Source of the DNA: an uncultured Sphingomonadales bacterium
GTDB taxonomy: Bacteria > Pseudomonadota > Alphaproteobacteria > Sphingomonadales > Sphingomonadaceae
Length of the DNA stretch: 64,000 nt
Assembly: GCA_963922745.1 (NCBI GenBank)
Contig: CAWUKF010000001.1
Coordinates: 183-64,182 of the forward strand
Direction of reading: 5' to 3'
The first letter of the stretch is position 1. Each line of letters begins with the position of its first letter. Shown here piece after piece: positions 56,857 to 64,000 of the stretch. The notes beneath the pieces were generated by a model. It was not told the DNA's origin. It did not search any database and worked only from the letters and a program-made list of their open reading frames with translations. The translations under genes were made by a program, and so were the position numbers.

Positions 56857-58257
56857 ATGCCATATAAACCGCAATTCGAGCCCGGCAAGAGCGCCTATCG
56901 ACCAGATGTACAGATCACCCGCCTGGGAGAGGAGATCGGCGATCCGGTGCACGCCGCCGACTTCCCCGACCATATTCTCCGCTTCCGGAATGACAGGTGG
57001 GATCAGAGTGTCGGACTGCACGATCTGAACGATGACCAGTGGATCGCCCATTTTGGCCGGTTCGAGCCGCTCCCGGACAATCTCGACCCGCCACTGGCGC
57101 TACGTTATCACGGGCATCAGTTCCGCACCTATAATCCCGAAATCGGCGATGGCCGCGGCTTTCTGTTTGCGCAGCTGCGCGATCAGGAAAATCGGCTGAT
57201 GGATCTCGGAACCAAGGGGTCGGGGACCACGCCGTGGAGCCGGAGCGGCGACGGGCGACTGACACTCAAAGGTGCGGTGCGCGAGATTCTCGCGACGGAA
57301 ATGCTGGAAGCGCTCGGCGTCAACACCTCGAAGACATTTTCGGTGGTCGAGACCGGCGAGAAGCTGATGCGCGGCGACGAGCCCTCGCCCACCCGTTCGG
57401 CGGTAATGACCCGGCTGAGCCACGGCCATGTCCGGGTCGGCACCTTCCAGCGCATTGCCTACGAGAAAAATGAGGCGATGATGCATCGGCTGGTCAGCTA
57501 TTGCCTCGAACAATATTATGGCGGCGTTCAAACCGAAAATCCGGCAGAAGAATTGTTCGCCCATGTCGCGCGAGAGGTGGCCAGTCTGGCAGGGGCCTAC
57601 ATGACGGCGGGTTTTGTCCACGGCGTGCTCAACACCGACAATATCAACATCAGTGGCGAAAGTTTCGACTATGGCCCGTGGCGCTTCACGCCATATTGGG
57701 AGCCAGGCTTTACCGCGGCCTATTTCGATCATGAAGGCCTCTATTGCTTTGCCCGGCAACCCGAGGCACTCCACTGGAACCTGGCGCAATTTGCTGGTGC
57801 CCTGCGGCTGATCGCTGACAGCGAGCCGCTGGTCGAAACGCTGGAAGCCTTTCCGAAAGCCTATGGCACAGCGTTCACGGAGCATTTCTGTTGGCGGCTG
57901 GGCATCGAGTCCGAAGGGTTCGAAAAGGATCGCGAACTGGTTGTCGCGGCAGAAAAAGGGCTGGCGCAGCGAACCATCCAGATTGACCGCTTCTTCTTCG
58001 ACTGGGGCAGGACCGGCGATCTTGCCTCCCCGACCGACAATTCTGAGGAGTTTACCGATTTTCGGCGATTGATCGCCGATCGTTCGCGCAACCGGATGCC
58101 CGTCAGCAGCTACTGGCAAAAACCCGAGCCCTGTTCGATGCATATCGAGGAGGTGGAGTCGATCTGGGCCGCCATCGCGGCAGACGACAACTGGACTCTG
58201 CTTTCGGAAAAAATCAGGGATATCCGCGATATGGGCGCGGCATTGCGCAAAGGCTGA
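56857..58257 (+). CDS. selO: Protein adenylyltransferase SelO/YdiU
   Basis: YHGHQF, GDGRG, KGSGTTPWSR.GDGR, GFVHGVLNTDN and DYGP. Confidence 0.92.
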   Translation: MPYKPQFEPGKSAYRPDVQITRLGEEIGDPVHAADFPDHILRFRNDRWDQSVGLHDLNDDQWIAHFGRFEPLPDNLDPPLALRYHGHQFRTYNPEIGDGRGFLFAQLRDQENRLMDLGTKGSGTTPWSRSGDGRLTLKGAVREILATEMLEALGVNTSKTFSVVETGEKLMRGDEPSPTRSAVMTRLSHGHVRVGTFQRIAYEKNEAMMHRLVSYCLEQYYGGVQTENPAEELFAHVAREVASLAGAYMTAGFVHGVLNTDNINISGESFDYGPWRFTPYWEPGFTAAYFDHEGLYCFARQPEALHWNLAQFAGALRLIADSEPLVETLEAFPKAYGTAFTEHFCWRLGIESEGFEKDRELVVAAEKGLAQRTIQIDRFFFDWGRTGDLASPTDNSEEFTDFRRLIADRSRNRMPVSSYWQKPEPCSMHIEEVESIWAAIAADDNWTLLSEKIRDIRDMGAALRKG

Positions 58258-58393
58258 GAAGAGTTCAGTCGCTAGGGCTGCCGGTACAAGAAACCGTCGC
58301 CAAGTGGCTGGATTTTTAACCGCTTTAGTCTATCGTGACAGATGTGGCATGAAGACGTTAACCAGAACAAGCAGATAGAAAACCGAGGCGAAT

Positions 58394-59839
58394 TTGAGCG
58401 ACCTGATTTCCATCGAACCGGCGACCGGTGCGACCTTGTGGACCGGCAGCAGCGGTGATGCCGATGCCGTCGTGGACCAGGCGCGTGACGCTTGGCCGGG
58501 ATGGGCCGCGACAGCGCTGCTCAAGCGGATCGAGGCAGTACGGCGTTATGGCAACCGTATCCGGGCGGACGGCGACGAGCTAGCGGAACTGATCGCGCGC
58601 GAAACCGGCAAGCCGCTCTGGGAAGCCCGCACCGAAGTAGAATCGGTCGTCAAAAAGGTGGATATCTCGGTCAATGCCTTTGCCGAGCGCACACCCCAGC
58701 GCCAGCTCTCCAGTGCGCCCAATATGCGGGCAGCTTTGCGCCACAAGCCGCATGGCGTTCTCGCTGTGCTTGGTCCGTATAATTTCCCCGCCCATCTCCC
58801 CAACGGGCATATCGTTCCGGCGCTCATTGCCGGCAATACGGTCATCTTCAAGCCGTCGGAAAAGACTCCTGCGGTTGGTCAATATCTGGTGGATGCATTT
58901 GAAAAGGCCGGTCTTCCTGCCGGTGTGGTCAATATATTGCACGGCGGTCCTGACATCGGCAAACAGCTGACCGCCAACGAGGGCCTCGACGGCGTCCTGT
59001 TCACCGGCTCCGCCCGTACCGGCATTGCCCTCAATCGGCAGTTTGCCAACCGCCCGGACAAGATATTGGCTCTGGAAATGGGCGGCAACAACCCCATCAT
59101 CGCCTGGGACACGGATGACATCCACAGCGCTGCCGTATTGATCGTGCAGTCGGCCTTCCTGAGCGCCGGGCAACGCTGCTCGGCGGCAAGCCGCCTGATC
59201 GTCAAGGATAGCCTCTATGACCGCATCATCCGCGAGGTAAAGCATATTGCCGACCGCCTGATCATCGACGAGCCCTTCGCCTCGCCAGCCCCGTTCATGG
59301 GGCCGGTTATCGACAATGAAACAGCGGACGGCCTCACCGAGAGTTTTCTGGCGCTGATGAGTCACGGCGGCAAGCCGATCAAGCATATGGCACGACCGGT
59401 AGCGGGACGCCCTTTCCTCACGCCCGGGATTATCGACGTCACCGATCTCGACGAACGGCCCGATATCGAACTGTTCGGTCCGATCCTGCAGGTCGTTCGC
59501 GTCGCCGATTTCGAGGATGCGATCGCAGAGGCCAATAACACGCGCTACGGCCTGTCATCGGCCCTGATCGGCGGAACCGCTCAGCAATATGATCAATATT
59601 GGGCGAACAGTCGCGCCGGCATTGTCAACTGGAACAAGATGACCGTCGGCGCGTCGTCGGACGCTCCGTTCGGCGGCATCGGTCTGTCGGGAAATCACCG
59701 CCCCAGCGCGTATTATGCAGCCGACTATTGCGCCTATCCGGTGGTGTCGATGGAGGCCGAGCAGGCCCGCGCCTCGATCGGAGTGGGGCTGAAGGACGAA
59801 GCCACTGCCGCCAGCGAGGAGCCGGCGGCTGCAAAATAG
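58394..59839 (+). CDS. astD: Succinylglutamate-semialdehyde dehydrogenase
   Basis: GPYNFPAHLPNGH, ALEMGGNNP, SAGQRC and GNHRPSAYYAADYCAYP, characteristic of AstD. Confidence 0.9.
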   Translation: MSDLISIEPATGATLWTGSSGDADAVVDQARDAWPGWAATALLKRIEAVRRYGNRIRADGDELAELIARETGKPLWEARTEVESVVKKVDISVNAFAERTPQRQLSSAPNMRAALRHKPHGVLAVLGPYNFPAHLPNGHIVPALIAGNTVIFKPSEKTPAVGQYLVDAFEKAGLPAGVVNILHGGPDIGKQLTANEGLDGVLFTGSARTGIALNRQFANRPDKILALEMGGNNPIIAWDTDDIHSAAVLIVQSAFLSAGQRCSAASRLIVKDSLYDRIIREVKHIADRLIIDEPFASPAPFMGPVIDNETADGLTESFLALMSHGGKPIKHMARPVAGRPFLTPGIIDVTDLDERPDIELFGPILQVVRVADFEDAIAEANNTRYGLSSALIGGTAQQYDQYWANSRAGIVNWNKMTVGASSDAPFGGIGLSGNHRPSAYYAADYCAYPVVSMEAEQARASIGVGLKDEATAASEEPAAAK

Positions 59840-59883
59840 CTCAGCTTAGGCAACCCCAAAAACTTCTGTTTTGAACATGCGGG

Positions 59884-59901
59884 TCGATACGCGCATATCG
59901 A
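59884..59901. promoter_or_regulatory. Palindrome immediately upstream of the cys operon
   Basis: TCGATA-N6-TATCGA ending 4 nt before the ATG at 59906. Confidence 0.35.
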
Positions 59902-59905
59902 TCTT

Positions 59906-60697
59906 ATGGAAAATCTATCAAACAGGACCGCCGGCGCGGGAAAAGTCTATCTGGTTGGCGCGGGTCCGGGTGACCCTGACCTTCTGACGCTGAAAGCCGC
60001 CCGGCTGCTCGGACAGGCCGATGTGATCGTTCATGACGGTCTGGTCAGTCAGGAAATACTGGCTCTCGCTTCTCCGTCCGCGCGCCTGATTTCGGTCGCC
60101 AAGAAGCGCTCGCTGCACAGCGTCCCGCAGGACCAGATCAACCAGATCCTGGTCAGCGAAGCCGGCAGGGGCCAATTGGTGGTGCGTCTCAAGGGCGGCG
60201 ATCCGTTCATTTTCGGTCGTGGCGGCGAAGAAGCCGATGATTGCAAGGCCGCCGGGGTCGAAGTCGAAATCGTACCCGGCATCAGCGCTGCTCTCGGTTG
60301 CGCGGCTCAGGCCCGCATGCCGTTAACACACCGCGATGCGTCCAGCGCGGTGTCCTTTGTCGCCGGGCAGTGCAAGGGCCTGTCCGACCAGAACTGGTCC
60401 GGCCTGGCCGGCAAGGGTCGTACTCTGGTGATCTATATGGGCGTCGCCAACGCCGAAGCGATTGTAGAAAAATTGATCGCCGATGGTGCCTCGCCCGACC
60501 TGCCTGTGGCGGTCCTCGAGAATGGCACGCGCAGCGATTTTCGCGCGCTGCGGACGCTGCTGACCGATCTCGGTGATCTGGTCCGGCGCGAGAATGTCAG
60601 GAGCCCGGCGTTGCTCGTTGTTGGAGAGGTAGCCCGCTACGGCGATGCCGAAGACAAGTTTCGTGAATTTGCCCGGATGGCAGGAGTTGGCGCATGA
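59906..60697 (+). CDS. cobA: Uroporphyrinogen-III C-methyltransferase
   Basis: VYLVGAGPGDPDLLT, RLKGGDPFIFGRGGEE and PLTHR. Confidence 0.93.
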   Translation: MENLSNRTAGAGKVYLVGAGPGDPDLLTLKAARLLGQADVIVHDGLVSQEILALASPSARLISVAKKRSLHSVPQDQINQILVSEAGRGQLVVRLKGGDPFIFGRGGEEADDCKAAGVEVEIVPGISAALGCAAQARMPLTHRDASSAVSFVAGQCKGLSDQNWSGLAGKGRTLVIYMGVANAEAIVEKLIADGASPDLPVAVLENGTRSDFRALRTLLTDLGDLVRRENVRSPALLVVGEVARYGDAEDKFREFARMAGVGA

Positions 60698-60990
60698 AGA
60701 TTTTGACCGGAAACGATCTCAAGACCGGTGACGTGATCTGGTGGACCGGCCTCGACTGGTCGCGCTTCGTCAAGGATGCGAGCGATGTCGGCGACCAGGG
60801 CGATGCAATCCTGCACCGGGAGGAAGCCGCTCGCCGGGTGAACGCCCCCTATGTGATCGACGCCGAACAGACAGACGACGGCCCGCGACCGGGCCATATC
60901 AAGGACCGGGTGCGCGCGCTCGGACCCACCGTCCGTCCCGACCTGACATTGAAACCGGCCGATCCCGATGCCGGCGAATGGGTGATCTGA
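60694..60990 (+). CDS. DUF2849-like protein
   Basis: MKILTGNDLKTGDVIWW...RALGPT; usual position upstream of the sulfite reductase in Alphaproteobacteria. Confidence 0.8.
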   Translation: MKILTGNDLKTGDVIWWTGLDWSRFVKDASDVGDQGDAILHREEAARRVNAPYVIDAEQTDDGPRPGHIKDRVRALGPTVRPDLTLKPADPDAGEWVI

Positions 60991-60991
60991 C

Positions 60992-62626
60992 ATGTATCAA
61001 TATGACCAATATGACCAGAAGATGGTCGACACGCGAGTCGAGGAATTCCGCGACCAGGTGAAACGGCGCATCGCCGGCGAGCTGACCGAGGACCAGTTCA
61101 AGCCGCTGCGACTGATGAACGGCCTCTATCTGCAGCTCCACGCCTATATGCTGCGGGTTGCCATTCCCTATGGCACGCTGAGCAGCAAGCAGATGCACAT
61201 GCTCGCCCATATCGCGCGCAAATATGATCGTGACTATGGTCATTTCACCACCCGCCAGAATATTCAGTATAACTGGATCAAGCTGGCCGATGCCCCCGAT
61301 ATTCTCGCCGACCTGGCCTCGGTCGAGATGCACGCGATCCAGACCAGCGGCAATTGCATCCGCAACATTTCCTCCGACCAGTTCGCCGGCGCTACCGCCG
61401 ACGAAATCGCCGATCCGCGTCCGTGGGCAGAATTGTTGCGGCAATGGTCCAGCTTTCACCCGGAATTTTCCTATCTCCCCAGGAAATTCAAATTCGCTGT
61501 GATCGCCAGCGACACCGACCGGGCAGCCATGCGCCTGCACGATATCGGTATCCAGCTGGTCCACAATGACGCGGGCGAACTGGGCGCGAAATTCTTCGTC
61601 GGCGGCGGCATGGGCCGCACCCCGATGATCGCTCCGGAAATCCGCGACTTCGTCCCGGCTGAGGACCTGATCAGCTATGCCGAGGCCTGCCTGCGCGTCT
61701 ACAACCGCTACGGCCGGCGCGACAACAAGTACAAGGCTCGGATCAAGATCCTCGTCCACGAACTCGGCAAGGAAGAATATACCCGCCAGGTCGAGGAAGA
61801 ATTTGTCCATATAAAGCAGCTGAACCTCGACCCGCCGGTTGCCGAGCTGGCGCGGATCACCGAATTTTTCGCCGACCCGCCGTTCGACAAGCAGGCCAGC
61901 GACGAACTGGACCTGTCGGATCCGGACTTTGCGCTCTGGGTCGATCAGAATGTCTCCGCACACAAGCAGCCCGGCTATGCGATCGCGACGATCAGCCTGA
62001 AACCACGCGGCGGCATTCCCGGCGATGCGTCGTCGGCGCAGATCGATCTGATGGCAGATCTCGCGGAGCAATATAGTTTTGACGAGTTGCGCGTAACGCA
62101 CAGCCAGAACATCGTCCTGCCCCACGTCAAGAAGAGCAACCTCTATGCGCTCTGGCAGAAGCTGGACGAAGCGGGCCTGGCCCCGGCCAATCTCGACCTG
62201 ATTACCGACAGCATCGCCTGCCCCGGTCTCGACTATTGCAGCCTTGCCAACGCCCGTTCGATCCCCCTCGCCCAGAAGATCAGCGAACGGTTCGCCGATC
62301 TCGGCCGGCAACGGGAACTGGGCGAACTCAAGCTCAAGATATCGGGCTGCATCAACGCCTGTGGTCATCACCACGCTGGCCATATCGGCATCCTGGGCGT
62401 CGACCGCAAGGGAACGGAAAATTACCAGTTGTTGCTCGGCGGATCGGGCGCGGAAGATGCCAGCCTCGCCAAGATTACCGGACCCGGCTTTACCGAGGAC
62501 GGCGTGATCGATGCGATAGAAACGGTGACCGATCTTTACTTGGCGGAACGCGAGGACGGCGAGCGCTTCATCGACACCTATCGCCGTGTCGGCATGGAAA
62601 AGTTCAAGGAGGCCATATATGGTTGA
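60992..62626 (+). CDS. cysI: Sulfite reductase hemoprotein (nitrite/sulfite reductase)
   Basis: HFTTRQN, LPRKFK and the siroheme/4Fe-4S motifs ACPGLDYC and SGCINAC. Confidence 0.93.
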   Translation: MYQYDQYDQKMVDTRVEEFRDQVKRRIAGELTEDQFKPLRLMNGLYLQLHAYMLRVAIPYGTLSSKQMHMLAHIARKYDRDYGHFTTRQNIQYNWIKLADAPDILADLASVEMHAIQTSGNCIRNISSDQFAGATADEIADPRPWAELLRQWSSFHPEFSYLPRKFKFAVIASDTDRAAMRLHDIGIQLVHNDAGELGAKFFVGGGMGRTPMIAPEIRDFVPAEDLISYAEACLRVYNRYGRRDNKYKARIKILVHELGKEEYTRQVEEEFVHIKQLNLDPPVAELARITEFFADPPFDKQASDELDLSDPDFALWVDQNVSAHKQPGYAIATISLKPRGGIPGDASSAQIDLMADLAEQYSFDELRVTHSQNIVLPHVKKSNLYALWQKLDEAGLAPANLDLITDSIACPGLDYCSLANARSIPLAQKISERFADLGRQRELGELKLKISGCINACGHHHAGHIGILGVDRKGTENYQLLLGGSGAEDASLAKITGPGFTEDGVIDAIETVTDLYLAEREDGERFIDTYRRVGMEKFKEAIYG

Positions 62627-63044
62627 TGCAATCCGTTTGCGCGATGACGAGGTTCATGAAGAACCGGCGGTTTCGCTCGATTCCTTCCTGGATCAATCGA
62701 ACGCCACCGCCGTGCGCATCGAGGCCGGCGAAGACGCCCGGCAATTACTGCCCTTTCTCGATCGCCTGTCGCTGATCGAAATCGATTTCACCGTGTTCGG
62801 CGATGGCCGCGGCTATTCCTCAGCGCAAATCCTCCGCGAGGCCGGCTATACCGGAGAACTCCGCGCCAGCGGCGATGTCTTGGTCGACCAGATTGCCTAT
62901 ATGCGGCGCTGCGGTTTCGATGCCTTTGCGCCGGACGCCCCGATCAATCCCGAGGACATGCAGGCTGCTCTCTCCCGCTACGAGCATGTCTATCAAGCAA
63001 CCTCGGACCAGCGCACCCCCATCTGGAGTCTCCGTCATGGCTGA
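62619..63044 (+). CDS. DUF934-like protein
   Basis: FGDGRGYS, GELRASGDVLVDQ..YMRRCGFDAF; lies between cysI and cysH. Confidence 0.88.
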   Translation: MVDAIRLRDDEVHEEPAVSLDSFLDQSNATAVRIEAGEDARQLLPFLDRLSLIEIDFTVFGDGRGYSSAQILREAGYTGELRASGDVLVDQIAYMRRCGFDAFAPDAPINPEDMQAALSRYEHVYQATSDQRTPIWSLRHG

Positions 63045-63819
63045 AGCAGCACGCAAGATTGACACGATTGATGTCCGCCCCGATTTTACCCAGGCCGACG
63101 CCGATGCCCTGAACCAGCGGTTCGAAGGCGTTGACACCTCCACCATGCTCAAGGCGCTGTTCGACGAACGCCAGCTCGGAGAGGTTGCTGTCGTATCGTC
63201 TTTCGGTACCGAAAGCGCCGTCCTGCTCCACCTGGTGGCATCGGTCGACCCGACCATTCCGGTAACCTTTGTCGACACGCTGAAAATGTTTCCGGAAACC
63301 CTCGCCTATCGCGAGACGTTGGTGAAAACCCTGGGCCTCAAGAACAGCAATGTTGTCACGCCCGATCCGACGGTACTGGCGGAGAAGGACGAAAACGGTC
63401 TGCGCTGGTCCTTTGATCCGGATGGCTGCTGCGAGATCCGCAAGGTCGAACCGCTGGCTCGCGCCAAGGCTGGTCTCAACAGCTGGATTTCGGGACGTAA
63501 GGCGTTTCAGTCAGTAACCCGCAACAATATCCCCCGCTTCGAGATTGATGATGGTCGGCTGAAGATCAATCCGCTCGGCGACTGGATCAAGGACGATCTT
63601 GAAGCCTATTTCGAGAAACATGATCTGCCGCGCCACCCGCTCGAAGCGGAAGGTTATCTGTCGGTCGGATGCGCCCCGTGCACTTCCAAGGTACTGCCGG
63701 GCGAAGACCCCCGGGCTGGCCGCTGGCGCGGATGGGACAAGTCCGAATGCGGAATTCACGAAGATGTCACGACTGTTCCGAACCGCGATGACAATGGTGC
63801 GAATGACCCGATCTTTTAG
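63037..63819 (+). CDS. cysH: APS/PAPS reductase
   Basis: SSFG, CCEIRKVEPL, SVGCAPCT, RAGRW and ECGIH. The CC...CxxC pattern points to the Fe-S (APS reductase) type. Confidence 0.93.
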   Translation: MAEAARKIDTIDVRPDFTQADADALNQRFEGVDTSTMLKALFDERQLGEVAVVSSFGTESAVLLHLVASVDPTIPVTFVDTLKMFPETLAYRETLVKTLGLKNSNVVTPDPTVLAEKDENGLRWSFDPDGCCEIRKVEPLARAKAGLNSWISGRKAFQSVTRNNIPRFEIDDGRLKINPLGDWIKDDLEAYFEKHDLPRHPLEAEGYLSVGCAPCTSKVLPGEDPRAGRWRGWDKSECGIHEDVTTVPNRDDNGANDPIF

Positions 63820-63853
63820 GGCCGAGCCTTTTTGCGTCGTCAGGGCTGCCTGA

Positions 63854-64000
63854 TCAGATTTCCGGAATGTCCCGCCGCGTGAATTTCATCGTGACCAGCA
63901 GGAAGAACAGGCTCACGGCAATGATGGAGCCGGCAATGGACCATTCGCGCAGGGCCCCGCGGTCAAGCCGGACCTGAGCCTCCCTGCCAGTGACATAGCG
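63854..64000 (-). CDS. 3' end of a membrane protein (starts beyond the window)
   Basis: Open minus-strand frame RYVTGREAQVRLDRGALREWSIAGSIIAVSLFFLLVTMKFTRRDIPEI* with one TM segment. Confidence 0.5.
   Translation of the reverse strand, partial: RYVTGREAQVRLDRGALREWSIAGSIIAVSLFFLLVTMKFTRRDIPEI

Noticed and set aside
1-64000. CRISPR arrays, rRNA, riboswitches and IS elements
   Set aside because: No regularly spaced repeats, rRNA-like sequence or transposase ORFs seen. Riboswitches and sRNAs cannot be excluded without a covariance-model search.

Overview
Chromosomal segment of a GC-rich alphaproteobacterium; gene content and order look like Sphingomonadales (inference). It is mostly housekeeping: glmU and the 5' end of glmS, the full phoR-pstSCAB-phoU-phoB locus with a clear Pho box, cysE/oxyR, pgsA-moaD-moaE, hslVU, the nfu-rutE-tsaB-rimI-mucR-fur-plsC-miaB-phoH-ybeY-corC run, rarA, amtB, selO, astD, cobA-cysI-cysH and two tRNAs. 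The best candidate for an uncharacterised system is a four-gene minus-strand cassette at 2862-5550. It encodes a Tat-signal, two-Cys small protein, a stand-alone PqqD/RRE chaperone, an HprK-related kinase and a nucleotidyltransferase, i.e. a RiPP-like phosphorylation/nucleotidylation system lying between glmU and the Pho locus. Other points: a VapBC toxin-antitoxin pair and a lipoprotein inside the glmU-glmS operon; two TonB-dependent receptors between inward-facing tRNAs that share a homologous terminator; a palindrome shared by the cysE/oxyR and cys-operon upstream regions; and two small orphan proteins with CtrA-like sites between them. No integrase, transposase, CRISPR array or rRNA was seen. 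All family calls come from motif recognition by eye, not database searches, and several start codons were moved to more plausible positions than the ORF track gives.
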